From NCBI GenBank assembly GCA_036676495.1, contig JAKFCT010000011.1, forward strand, positions 1 to 35,545: a stretch of DNA of 35,545 bases. Direction: 5' to 3'. A program made the translations under genes and the position numbers. The stretch comes from Candidatus Sericytochromatia bacterium. GTDB lineage: Bacteria; Cyanobacteriota; Sericytochromatia; S15B-MN24; UBA4093. Position 1 is the first letter of the stretch. Each line of letters opens with the position of its first letter. Of the stretch, positions 26,501 through 35,335 are shown piece by piece. The notes beneath the pieces are model-generated. The model did no database searches, had not been told where the DNA came from, and was given only the letters and a program-made list of their open reading frames with translations.

Positions 26501-26916
26501 CCGGTTCTGGCTTCCAGGCGATCGGCGAAGGTTTTCGCGGCCTGCTGCATGTCCCAGGCGGCGGCCATCGCGCGCTCGGGGTCGTCCTCGTGGGCGATGG
26601 GGGCTCCGAAGAGGGCCATGATGGCGTCTCCGATGTACTTGTCGACCACCCCGCCGAAGCGGTAGATGGGCTCGGTCAGCACGGCGAAGAACTGGTTGAC
26701 GATCTCGGTGACTTCTTCGGGGTCGAGCTTCTCGCTCATGGCGGTGAAGCCCGAGACGTCGGTGAAGAGGATGGTGACCACCCGGCGTTCGCCAGGGGCC
26801 GCCTCGAGGGGAAAGGGGGATGCGGGCGGCGCCACGACGCGTTCCCCGCACTGGGCGCAGAAACGGGCGTCCAGGGGGAGCGAGGACTGGCAATGGCGGC
26901 AGGTGGTCGTGGTCAT
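23587..26916 (-). CDS. Class III adenylate/guanylate cyclase with Zn ribbon, STAND/AAA NTPase and TPR domains
   Basis: CRHC..CAQC; FTDVSGFT, KYIGDAIMA, YTVLGDAVNLASRLE; Walker A GDAGMGKS; GNPFF; C-terminal TPRs; TATAAT at 26948-26943. Confidence 0.93.
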   Translation of the reverse strand: MTTTTCRHCQSSLPLDARFCAQCGERVVAPPASPFPLEAAPGERRVVTILFTDVSGFTAMSEKLDPEEVTEIVNQFFAVLTEPIYRFGGVVDKYIGDAIMALFGAPIAHEDDPERAMAAAWDMQQAAKTFADRLEARTGIRLRIRIGLNTGLVVAGAVGGAEKQDYTVLGDAVNLASRLESNAKPGGILVSEETYRQTAHLWDFDSLPPLKVKGKEEAIPVFEPRGPRLAAEPDPSKERPAFVGRRLERERLAKILEAARSGRPQFVTLVGDAGMGKSRLAREFYRSVHDPELTMLRGRCLSYQQGVSYALVASILKAWMALKDDVSDGLRPQIARWAHERGLADPERLAETLGTFLSLPLSSPELLSLTPEQLRMLAVRTLNDTLFQQAGRGMVLALNDLHWVDEASQAWLLTLIDELASRRDPLPLMVLAILRPEGEEPWRDASQRLDWTRIPLHPLGEEDAEAILRSLYDISGDLPPEMTSVLQEATRKAEGNPFFLCELFRSLGDLQLIRKDESGAWRMGRRDVALPSTIHGVVAARLDALSPSAKHVIQVAAVLGRDFDRRLLEKVCAAETLTSELAELVAAELIRSRPGQATSFAFNQALIQEVAYQGLLLKRRRELHLRVGTILEASAKARSDGAELAPVLAFHFLRAEDDDRACRYLVEAAALAKRLFSNLEACHNYLDALALAEKLGHDRAPLLRDLAEVKATLGHFADAKQILEEALSQESKPEHLAATYRQLGSTQERLGSYEEALESYERGLSILPPELHLQERARLLAAIALVEFSLGKFQEAHERCEAAMASLAPADAKEIALCLSIQGGCLWRLGRPAEARDAHLRSLALREQIQDVVGIGSSHNNLSQAFRDLGLWPQAMAHCRKALEAYRRTGDQSRMSTALLNLGAILTDLGDFEGALEAYGEALEICRRIGYTARLGVILCNLGEVETKRERPEAAKAHLEEGIALLEGIRNQEALIQAYLILSEAQLKRGALPEAWEILRKALDLANERGNDVLVGLAYRQFGWLYAQTGQHDEAIAWLGRSANALQSAEAKLELGRTLLKLAQALALGGQTSTGLAAARRAKGLFTELGALYDASLLESWLLEVHPSP

Positions 26917-27245
26917 GGTCCCTTCACTTCGGCGACCAAGCCATTATACCGCTCCTACCGAGCGCTCACGCGGGGGGGCGGCTTGGGGGAGCGTTTTTTT
27001 CGAAATGGCTGCCGCAAGCATGTCCCAAGCGGCTCCGGGACGTGAAGCAAAGCTTGGGGCAAGTCGAGGGCAATCCCAGGCCTCGGGCGGGTTCAATCCA
27101 GCTGCTGGCGCGAGCTTGAAGCCTATAATTTACATTTGACGATTAAGTTATGTTTTGTTTATGTAGGAGGTGCCAAGGGATCGTCAGAGGAAGGCGATCG
27201 CATGGCTGCATCGTCGCGCATTCCACCAGAAAGGATACGATCTCC

Positions 27246-28070
27246 ATGCAGAGACTCAAGCGGCTGGTTCCTATCGCGGCAGTCTTGACGCTCGTGGCGG
27301 CACCGGCGGCGATCGCCCCGGCGTACGCCCAGGGTAGCCAGCAACAGCAGCAATCGCAGCACATGATGGGGGCGAGCAGCACCAGCTTCATGCTCAATCA
27401 CGCCTACCAGGAAGCCTTGCATGCCCATGAGGCGGCGGCCCTGGGCATGAACGACATGGCCACCAACCATCTGGAAAATGTCCGGCTGACGGTTGCCATG
27501 ATCGATCCTCAGCGCAGTGGCATGAACCAGGGCTTGCAGCAGCAGCTCGCCGCCATCCGGCAATCCGTCGAGAACGTCGATCTTTCGGATGATCGCGACC
27601 AGGCCATTCAAAATACGCAGCGGGTGGTCAGTCAGTTCGTGGCGTTCTACAACCGGGCGCCGCAGGCCATGGGCGGCGGCGGCGGCGCGGCTCAGCAGGC
27701 AGCCATGATGCCGACGGCCTTTGATCTGACCTCGATGGCGACCACGGAAATCGCCAATGCCCAGGCCTCGGTGGTCGGCCGCGAATGGGCCGACGCGCAG
27801 CAGCATGCCAAGGATGCCGTGAGCCACCTCGACCGGGCGATCAAGGCTGCGGAGACCGGCCCCCGTCGCCTCGACGCGGCCATCGTCAAGGAAATGCGCA
27901 GCATCCGGCAAGATGCCAACACCTTGCTGACGCAGACCCGCAACAAGAACCAGCAGGCGAACCAGACCGCCGGCAAGGTGGTCGGCAGGCTGGGCACCCT
28001 TTCGCCGCGGGTCGCCATGGGCCTTGAAGGGGGCGGGGCCGGCCAGCAGCAGCAGCAGCAGCAGCGCTAA
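27246..28070 (+). CDS. Secreted Gln/Ala-rich helical protein
   Basis: GAAAGGA RBS, ATG 27246, signal peptide ending AYA-Q, poly-Q tracts. Confidence 0.8.
   Translation: MQRLKRLVPIAAVLTLVAAPAAIAPAYAQGSQQQQQSQHMMGASSTSFMLNHAYQEALHAHEAAALGMNDMATNHLENVRLTVAMIDPQRSGMNQGLQQQLAAIRQSVENVDLSDDRDQAIQNTQRVVSQFVAFYNRAPQAMGGGGGAAQQAAMMPTAFDLTSMATTEIANAQASVVGREWADAQQHAKDAVSHLDRAIKAAETGPRRLDAAIVKEMRSIRQDANTLLTQTRNKNQQANQTAGKVVGRLGTLSPRVAMGLEGGGAGQQQQQQQR
28044..28064 (+). repeat. (CAG)7 trinucleotide run encoding a C-terminal poly-Gln
   Basis: Directly visible immediately before CGC TAA. Confidence 0.9.
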
Positions 28071-28205
28071 CCCCCGCTCCGTCGTAAAGACGGGCGGCCA
28101 TCGGAGGCGCGGCCGCGAGGTCGCGCCTCTCGCCTGTCATCACGCTTTACGAGGCCTCGGAATCCCCCTAGACTGGAGGTTTATCACGTAGAAGGGGGCA
28201 CCCAC

Positions 28206-29939
28206 ATGGATAAGAAATCCGTCGCGCAAATCCTCGAGGACATCGGGACCTTCATGGAGCTCAAGGGGGAGAACCCCTTCAAGGTACGGGCCTTCACCGG
28301 TGCCGCCCGGACCATCGAGACCCTGGACGGGGACCTCGCCGCGCTCGTGGCATCGGGCGAGATTGCCGGGATCAAGGGCGTGGGGCCCGCGACCCGCGAG
28401 GTGATCACCCAGCTGGTGACGACCGGCCGCTCGACGGTCCACGACGAGTTGAAGGCCGATATCGCTCCCGGCCTCATCGAGATGCTGGAGATCCCGGGGC
28501 TCGGCCCCAAGAAGATCAAGGCCATCCACGAAGGGCTGGGCATCGCAAGCGTGGGCGAGCTCGAGTACGCCTGCATGGAGAACCGGCTCGCGACCCTCAC
28601 GGGCTTCGGCGCCAAGACCCAGGAGAAGATTCTCAACGGCATCGCCCTGCGCAAGGCGTTTCGCGGCCGTCACCTCTACGTCGATGCCTTGCCGGTGGCC
28701 AATCGGATCCTGGAGGTGCTTCAGGGCCATCCGGACGTGATCCGGGTGGCGATCGCCGGCTCGATGCGCCGCCGCATGGAGACGGTCAAGGATCTCGACT
28801 TCGTGGTTTCCTCCGAACACCCCGAGCGGATCATGGCGGACTTCACCGCGCTGCCCGACGTCACCGAGGTCATTTCCCACGGCCCCTCCAAGAGCGCCAT
28901 TCGCGTCACCAACGGGCTGCAAGTCGACCTGCGGGTGGTCACGGACGCGCAGTTCCCCTTCACCCTCCATCACTTCACGGGCAGCAAGGATCATAACGAG
29001 GCCATGCGCTCGCGGGCCAAGGGCCTCGGCCTCAAGATCAACGAGTACGGCCTCTTTCGCGGAGAGGAGCTGATCCCCTGCGAGGACGAGGCCGCCTTCT
29101 TCCAGGCCCTGGGTCTCGATTACATCCCCGCCGAGCTGCGCGAGGGCCTCGACGAGATCGCCTCGGCGGAGCAGCATGCGCTTCCCGTTCTGGTGGACGA
29201 GCCGGAGATTCAAGGCGTCTTCCACGTCCATACGACATACTCGGACGGCGCGGCGACGCTCGAGCGCATGGCCCTGGAAGCCCAGAGCCTCGGTTACCGT
29301 TACCTCGGGATCTCGGATCACTCTCAGGCGGCCGCTTACGCCCATGGCCTGACGATCGATCGGATCCGCGAGCAGCACGCCGAGATCGACGCCCTCAACG
29401 CGCGCCTGGACGGCCTGAAGATCCTGAAGGGCATCGAGGCCGATATCCTCGCAGACGGCAGCATCGACTACGACGACGCGACCCTGGAGGCCTTCGACTT
29501 CGTCATCGCGAGCATCCATTCCCGCTTCGGCATGGCCCAGGCCGAGATGACCGAGCGCCTCGTGAAGGCCATCCGGAATCCGCGGGTCACCATGCTCGGC
29601 CACATGACGGGGCGGCTGCTCTTGGCTCGCGAGCCCTACGACCTGGATCTCGAGCAGGTCTTCCGCGAGGCGGCCGCGCATGGGGTGATCATCGAGCTCA
29701 ACGCCAACCCGCATCGGCTCGACATCGACTGGCGGCACCTGCGGCGGGCTCTCGCGCTCGGAGTGCGCATCTCGATCAATCCCGACGCCCACTCGGTGGA
29801 CGGCCTCAAGGACGTGCGCATCGGGGTGGGAATCGCCCGCAAGGGGGGAGCCCGAGCAGAGCAGGTCTTCAACACCCAGAGCCTGGAGGACGTGCTGGCT
29901 CATCTCTCCCAGCGCCGCGCCCGGGTCGCCGCGGTTTGA
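28206..29939 (+). CDS. polX: DNA polymerase X / PHP 3'-5' exonuclease
   Basis: GENPFKVRA, HhH GLGPKK, AGSMRR..KDLD, VDLR, FTGSKDHN; PHP motifs HVH, SDHS and PDAH. Confidence 0.95.
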   Translation: MDKKSVAQILEDIGTFMELKGENPFKVRAFTGAARTIETLDGDLAALVASGEIAGIKGVGPATREVITQLVTTGRSTVHDELKADIAPGLIEMLEIPGLGPKKIKAIHEGLGIASVGELEYACMENRLATLTGFGAKTQEKILNGIALRKAFRGRHLYVDALPVANRILEVLQGHPDVIRVAIAGSMRRRMETVKDLDFVVSSEHPERIMADFTALPDVTEVISHGPSKSAIRVTNGLQVDLRVVTDAQFPFTLHHFTGSKDHNEAMRSRAKGLGLKINEYGLFRGEELIPCEDEAAFFQALGLDYIPAELREGLDEIASAEQHALPVLVDEPEIQGVFHVHTTYSDGAATLERMALEAQSLGYRYLGISDHSQAAAYAHGLTIDRIREQHAEIDALNARLDGLKILKGIEADILADGSIDYDDATLEAFDFVIASIHSRFGMAQAEMTERLVKAIRNPRVTMLGHMTGRLLLAREPYDLDLEQVFREAAAHGVIIELNANPHRLDIDWRHLRRALALGVRISINPDAHSVDGLKDVRIGVGIARKGGARAEQVFNTQSLEDVLAHLSQRRARVAAV

Positions 29940-30049
29940 TCCCGGGGCCGCGCGAGTCGTAGCGACCCTGCCCACGTTGTGGGGGGCGCGTCATCGCGCT
30001 AACATGTCCCGTCGATCCCAGGCGGTTGATGCTTTGCGAGGGGGTGGAC

Positions 30050-30262
30050 ATGGGCACGACGGACCGGGAATTTCAGCGACTCGCTCGGCTCGACCAGTCG
30101 CGTCTCGAGCAAGAGACCGGCGGGGACGAAGAGGACGCCATCGAAGTCCCTTACGAGAGCAATGCGGGCCTCGGAGCGGAGAACATCGTGGACCGCGAAG
30201 CCCGCGCCGAGGCGCCTCCAACGGACCGAGGCTACCGGCGGCTGGATGAACCCAACCAATGA
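30050..30262 (+). CDS. Small acidic hypothetical protein (70 aa)
   Basis: GAGGGGG RBS and ATG at 30050; ends at a convergent hairpin. Confidence 0.6.
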   Translation: MGTTDREFQRLARLDQSRLEQETGGDEEDAIEVPYESNAGLGAENIVDREARAEAPPTDRGYRRLDEPNQ

Positions 30263-30300
30263 GCAGAGGCCCTTCCCGGATGGGAAGGGCCTCTGCTCAT
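30259..30300. terminator. Perfect 19-bp hairpin between convergent genes
   Basis: ATGAGCAGAGGCCCTTCCC-ggat-GGGAAGGGCCTCTGCTCAT; no U-tract. Confidence 0.65.
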
Positions 30301-30315
30301 CGTGGTGATCGACGC

Positions 30316-31845
30316 TTAGATTTTCTGGAAGACGGCGCCGCTCATGCTGGCGAGCGGGACCTGGACCTTGCCGCCCTGAACGGTGAAGGTCTTTCCGGTC
30401 ATGGCATCCTTGAGCTTGGTGCCGTCCTTGAAGGCCGAGCTCACGTCCAGCGCGACATCCTGGGCCTGGTGGCCCGCGTTGAGCAAGACGGCGACCTTCT
30501 CGGTGCCGGCCTCGCGAACGTAGCCGAAGAGGCGGTGATGGTTGTGGCGCAGGATGGAGCGGAACTCGCCGGTCCGAAGCGCGTCACTCGACTTGCGCAG
30601 GCGAATCAGGCGCTTGTAGTGTCCGAGCAGGTCCTGATCCTGGCGTGACGCGTTCCACTCGAAGCCCTGGCGATTGTCGGGGTCCTTGCCGCCCTCCATG
30701 CCGATCTCATCGCCGTAGTAGACGACCGGAGTGCCGGGATAGGTCAGCTGGAACAGCGAGATGAGCTTGGCCTTGCGCTTGTCTCCACCGGCCTCGGTGA
30801 GCACGCGCGGGACGTCGTGTGAGCCGGTGATGTTGAACATGACCGAGGTGACCTCGGGGTGGTAGCGCTTGCGGAGGTGCTCGAGGTTGCGATCCAGATC
30901 GTCGACCGCCATCTTCTCGTAGGCGAAGAAGTTGAGCACGTTCTCGCGGAAGACGTAGTTCATGGTGGAGTCGAACTGATCGCCCTGCAGCCAGCGGTCG
31001 GCCTCATGCCAGAGCTCGCCGACGATGTAGGCCTCGGGGTTGATGGCCCGGACCTTCTTGCGGAAGGTGCGCCAGAACTCGTCCGAATCGATCTCGTTGG
31101 GAACGTCCAGGCGCCAGCCGTCGATGCCCTGACGGGTCCAGTACTCGGTCACCTCGAAGAGGTGCTTCTGGACGTCGGCATTGTCCTTGGCCCGGAGCTG
31201 GGGCAGGGTGCCGAAGCCCCACCAGGCGTTGTAGTTCGGCTTGGGCGAGTGGACGACCGGGAACCCGTAGATGGAGTACCAGTTCCAGTACTTCGACTTC
31301 TGGCCGTTCTTCTTGGCGTCCTCGAAGGCCCAGTGGTCGTCGCCGGTGTGATTGAAGACGCCGTCGAGGATCACCTTGATGCCGTTCTGATGGGCGGTGG
31401 CCAGGACGCGCTTGAAGGTCGCGAGATCGCCGAAGGAGGGATCGATCTGCATGTAGTCGGCGGTATTGTACTTGTGGTTGGAGGAGGCCTTGAAGAGCGG
31501 GTTGAAATAGATGGCGGTGACGCCGAGCTCCTTCAGGTAAGGCATCTTCTGAAGGACGCCGTCCAGGTCTCCGCCCATGAAGTTGTCGTAGGTCGGCTTG
31601 CTGCCCCAGGCGACGGCCCCCTTGGGATCGTTGGCGCGGTTGCCGTTATGGAAGCGCTCGGGGAAGATCTGGTAGAAGACCGCGTGCTTGGCCCAATCCG
31701 GCGTATCGACCTGCCCCCTGCGCCCCTGGGCGCCAAGGGATCCGTCCGAGGCCTGGCCCAGTCCGATCGGGCTCAACATGCCACAACCGGTGAGGGTGAC
31801 GGCTCCCGCGAGCAAGGCTGCCAGTGACTTGAACTTCGACGCCAA
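30316..31845 (-). CDS. GH13 neopullulanase/cyclomaltodextrinase-like glycosidase, lipoprotein
   Basis: FYQIFPERF, DGVFNH, DGWRLDV, GELW, SHD, YYGDE; TTG start with GGAGG RBS; lipobox LTG-C. Confidence 0.92.
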   Translation of the reverse strand: MASKFKSLAALLAGAVTLTGCGMLSPIGLGQASDGSLGAQGRRGQVDTPDWAKHAVFYQIFPERFHNGNRANDPKGAVAWGSKPTYDNFMGGDLDGVLQKMPYLKELGVTAIYFNPLFKASSNHKYNTADYMQIDPSFGDLATFKRVLATAHQNGIKVILDGVFNHTGDDHWAFEDAKKNGQKSKYWNWYSIYGFPVVHSPKPNYNAWWGFGTLPQLRAKDNADVQKHLFEVTEYWTRQGIDGWRLDVPNEIDSDEFWRTFRKKVRAINPEAYIVGELWHEADRWLQGDQFDSTMNYVFRENVLNFFAYEKMAVDDLDRNLEHLRKRYHPEVTSVMFNITGSHDVPRVLTEAGGDKRKAKLISLFQLTYPGTPVVYYGDEIGMEGGKDPDNRQGFEWNASRQDQDLLGHYKRLIRLRKSSDALRTGEFRSILRHNHHRLFGYVREAGTEKVAVLLNAGHQAQDVALDVSSAFKDGTKLKDAMTGKTFTVQGGKVQVPLASMSGAVFQKI

Positions 31846-31949
31846 TGTCCGATCCTCCCAAGGCTCACCGAGGGTGAGCATGTCCCGAGCCAGAAGGTTG
31901 TCAAAAGGTTATCGGGAAATCGTCCTTTAAACTTGCCTTAATCGGCAAT

Positions 31950-31978
31950 AAAAAAGGCGCCGGAGCATCGTCCGGCGC
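31950..31978 (-). terminator. Intrinsic terminator
   Basis: GCGCCGGA stem with a T6 tract on the minus strand, downstream of the 32014 gene. Confidence 0.75.
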
Positions 31979-32013
31979 TAGAGGAGCATGGGGCGGCTCG
32001 CCGCTGGCAGTTT

Positions 32014-33696
32014 CTAAGGAACCCGCCAGGCGCCCTTCTCGTCGAAGACGAAGTCGCCTTGCTGGAAGAGCTTCCCTCCCTTGTAGAGCGCGAAATCCGA
32101 TTGGGTATGGGGCATGGCGAGGTCCGACATCACGACCTCGTCGGTGGAGCCCGTGACGATCCGGAACGGCAGGGTGGGGTTGTAGGGGTTGGGGATGGCC
32201 GTCACCAGCCGGAGGTCGGCTCCGTGGTACTGACGGGCTCCCAGGTGAAGATCCCCTTTCGAGACCTTGATGGGGAGGTACTTGAGCAAGGCCTTGAGAT
32301 AGGCGTTGGAATCCGGCGTCCCGTAGATCAGGAAAACCGTTTGGGCCGGGTCCACGGCCGAGGCTTGCAGGGAGGTCATCACCGGCAGGGTGATGCCGTA
32401 GCGCTCCCGGTAGCGCGCCACCATGTTCTTGGTGAACGCGTCCGCCTGGCGCTTGAGCTCGGGGTCTTTGGGCTCAGGGCGGACGAGCACGGTCTTCTGA
32501 AGATAGCGCTCCTCGGTGGCGGCAGCGATGGGACCCATGAAGCGCTTGGCGAGGGTCTCGATGCGCTGGTGCTCGGCGGCATCCTTCCAGAAGCTCAACG
32601 TGGCCATCATGCGGGGGTAGTAGCTCTCGAGGGTCGGGTAGGCCTTGCGATCGCCCTGGTAAGCCGCCAAGAGGTCGAAGAACTTGCGGACGTACCAGTA
32701 GCCCTGACGCTCGTGCTGGGTCAGCTCCATCTGAGCTTCGCGCACCTTGCCGCGGGCCTGGAGCATGCGCGCGCCGACGGCTCGCAGGACGTGATCGTCG
32801 ATGGCCTGCGACCACGTGGTGACGCCGCGCGAGCTGAGGCGATCGGAGAGCGGGGAGAAGAGCACCTGGGTATCGGTGACGTCCCGCTCGAACTTGGCCG
32901 TGAGGGCCGGGACCACGACCTGGCCGATGGCGGCTTCGATGGAGAGGAAGAGTCCCTGGGGCTGGAAGAAGTCCGGCTCCTGCTGAGGGGTGGCGCCCAG
33001 CGGGCCGACGATGGCGACGACTTCCCGGCTTCCGTCGGCGCGGGTGACGGGCAGGCCGACGGAGGTCCTGGAAAGCAGGGGGGCAGGCACGATGGTAAAG
33101 CGGTCCCAGCGGGTGCCGTAGAAGTCTTCGACCCGGCCGGCGACGTCATCGACCTGAAGCAGCGAGGTGAGCTTCTTGGAGAGGCTCGCCCAGAGCGCGC
33201 CATGACTTCCGTAGAAGTCCATGAACCGGCTTTCGGCGGCATAGGCGCGCATGGCCACGGCCAGCGCCGTGAGCTTTTCGGACTGCGCGGCGAGATCGGG
33301 GGGAAGGGGGGCGTCGAGGGTCATGCCCGGCGCCGTGAGCAGCAGCGCGAAGCGGTAGGGATGGGTGCCGACGAAGCCTTGGGCCTGCAACTCTTCGAGG
33401 AGCTTGACGGCGGCATGGGAGTCGAAGGCCTTGAAGGCCGTGCCGGCGGCGGAACGGTAGGCGATCGCCGTGTCGTCCTGCTGCAGCTTGCCCTGGCGGG
33501 TCCGGCTGATGAGAAGGCTCATCAACTCGATGCGCGGATCGCTCGCGACGCGCACCCGGTTGGCCGGGACCTGCTGTTCGTTCGCGGGGGGCTCCACCGG
33601 AGGAGCCGGCAATTCCACCTGCGCTCCGGCGGGAGCACCCAGAAAAGCCAAGAGGGCAGCGGCTAGCACCAATCGACGCGAAGCGATCACGGGCAT
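32014..33696 (-). CDS. Secreted DUF4932-like protein
   Basis: Signal peptide (MPVIASRRLVLAAALLAFLGAPAGA); DPRIELMSL, F..H.AV, FMDFY and YPTLESYYP motifs recalled for DUF4932. Confidence 0.7.
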   Translation of the reverse strand: MPVIASRRLVLAAALLAFLGAPAGAQVELPAPPVEPPANEQQVPANRVRVASDPRIELMSLLISRTRQGKLQQDDTAIAYRSAAGTAFKAFDSHAAVKLLEELQAQGFVGTHPYRFALLLTAPGMTLDAPLPPDLAAQSEKLTALAVAMRAYAAESRFMDFYGSHGALWASLSKKLTSLLQVDDVAGRVEDFYGTRWDRFTIVPAPLLSRTSVGLPVTRADGSREVVAIVGPLGATPQQEPDFFQPQGLFLSIEAAIGQVVVPALTAKFERDVTDTQVLFSPLSDRLSSRGVTTWSQAIDDHVLRAVGARMLQARGKVREAQMELTQHERQGYWYVRKFFDLLAAYQGDRKAYPTLESYYPRMMATLSFWKDAAEHQRIETLAKRFMGPIAAATEERYLQKTVLVRPEPKDPELKRQADAFTKNMVARYRERYGITLPVMTSLQASAVDPAQTVFLIYGTPDSNAYLKALLKYLPIKVSKGDLHLGARQYHGADLRLVTAIPNPYNPTLPFRIVTGSTDEVVMSDLAMPHTQSDFALYKGGKLFQQGDFVFDEKGAWRVP

Positions 33697-33809
33697 TTCC
33701 TCTTCCAGCATTCCACGTACCACGATACGGCCATGATAGCCCGCCAGGCGAGATTTGACCAGGAAGCCAGCCCGAGTGTAGGGCTGAAGTGCCCTGAAAG
33801 CCGCTTTCC

Positions 33810-33837
33810 TTGACGCAAAAGGGGCCTCTGTTATGAT
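33810..33837 (+). promoter_or_regulatory. sigma70 promoter for arcA
   Basis: TTGACG -16 nt- TGtTATGAT (extended -10). Confidence 0.6.
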
Positions 33838-33917
33838 GGTCAACAGTGATCACGGCCCTTTGGCCTTTTCCAAAGCACGTTATCGCCCTATAGCAATGGA
33901 CGACCAGGAGTGTGACC

Positions 33918-35288
33918 ATGTTCGAAGAGCGCCCGTCGACGGAGATCGAATTGAAAGTCGATCCCGCCCCGCTGGCCAACCTCAGCCCAACTCCGACGCG
34001 CACGATCGATCTTTCCGTACGCTCGGAGATTGGGCGCATCCGTACCGTGATGATTCACCACCCGGGAGCGGAGGTGGACCGCATGGTCCCCTCCCTCATG
34101 GATGAGCTGCTCTTCGACGACATCCTCTTCGGGGATCGCGCCCGGGAAGAGCACGACAAGTATCGCCAGGTGCTGAACCTGGTTGCCGACGAGGTGCTCG
34201 ACATCCAGGACGTTCTGGCGGAGAGCCTGGCGAACTCCGAAGTCCGCGCCTCCTTCGTCGACGTGCTGAGCTACCTCGAGCAGCTCAACTTCGAAACGGT
34301 CGAGTATCTCGGTTCGCTGGATGCCAAGCAGCTCGCCCAGGCGGCCATCGGCGGTCTGGAGTTGCCGCTTCACCAGGTGGAGCAGCATCCCAACCCGAAG
34401 GTGCCGTTCCTGCTGAATCCGCTGCCCAACTTGCTCTTCATGCGCGATCCGCTGGTCGTCATGGGCGATGGGGCGCTGCTCGGGTCGATGGCCCGCACGG
34501 CGCGCCGCCGCGAGCCGCTCATCATGAAGTACGCCTATGCCTACCACCCGCGCCTGCGGCTGAAGGAGCGGGATCGCTTCTACTTCGACGACCTGAGCAT
34601 CCCGGCGCAGCGCCGCCGGCAGAACCTGCCCAGCATCGAGGGCGGCGACATCCTGGTCTTCAGCGACAAGGTCCTGGCCATCGGCGTCTCCGAGCGGACC
34701 ACGGAATCGGCCGTGGAGCTCTTGGCCCAGGCCATCAAGGACCGCACGTCGATCGAGACCATCCTGATGGTGCTCATGCCGCGCCAGCGCGCCGCCATGC
34801 ACCTGGACACGGTCTTCACCCAGATCAGCCCCAACGAATGCCTGGCGTATCCTCCGATGTTCATGCCGGATGGCGTCGAGCTGCTGCCGGTGGTCAAGAA
34901 GGACCTGCGCGGCGGCCAGATCCGCAGCACCTACAAGGAGAGCCTGCTCTCCGCGCTGAAGGACGAAGGCATCGACCTGGAGCCCCTCTGCTGCGGCGGC
35001 AAGGGCGATCGCATCTCCCAGCAGCGCGAGCAATGGACGGACGGCGCCAACGCCTTCGCCCTGGCTCCGGGCGTCATCGCCATTTACGAGCGCAACCTGC
35101 GCACGGCCGAAGAGCTCGCGGCCCACGGCTATGCCGTGGTCCATGCCGACGAACTCCTCAGCAAGCCCTCGGCATACCGCCTGGACGGCACTCAGAAGGT
35201 GGCCATCCTCATTCCCGGCATGGAGCTGTCGCGGGCCCGGGGCGGCGCGCGCTGCATGACCATGCCGCTCGTTCGCGACGCCCTCTAA
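33918..35288 (+). CDS. arcA: Arginine deiminase
   Basis: SEIGRIRTV..HHPG, ELLFDD, PLPNLLFMRD, IEGGD, MHLDTV, EQWTDG, ELSRARGGARCMTMPL (catalytic Cys, His and Asp motifs present); AGGAG RBS. Confidence 0.95.
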   Translation: MFEERPSTEIELKVDPAPLANLSPTPTRTIDLSVRSEIGRIRTVMIHHPGAEVDRMVPSLMDELLFDDILFGDRAREEHDKYRQVLNLVADEVLDIQDVLAESLANSEVRASFVDVLSYLEQLNFETVEYLGSLDAKQLAQAAIGGLELPLHQVEQHPNPKVPFLLNPLPNLLFMRDPLVVMGDGALLGSMARTARRREPLIMKYAYAYHPRLRLKERDRFYFDDLSIPAQRRRQNLPSIEGGDILVFSDKVLAIGVSERTTESAVELLAQAIKDRTSIETILMVLMPRQRAAMHLDTVFTQISPNECLAYPPMFMPDGVELLPVVKKDLRGGQIRSTYKESLLSALKDEGIDLEPLCCGGKGDRISQQREQWTDGANAFALAPGVIAIYERNLRTAEELAAHGYAVVHADELLSKPSAYRLDGTQKVAILIPGMELSRARGGARCMTMPLVRDAL

Positions 35289-35335
35289 GCTCACGACGCG
35301 AAGCGATCGTCGTTACAGCAGCGGACGCTAATCAA

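Noticed and set aside
28206-29939. PolX as part of a defence or NHEJ module
   Set aside because: Ordinary PolX-PHP with intact catalytic motifs; no Ku, LigD or defence genes are adjacent.
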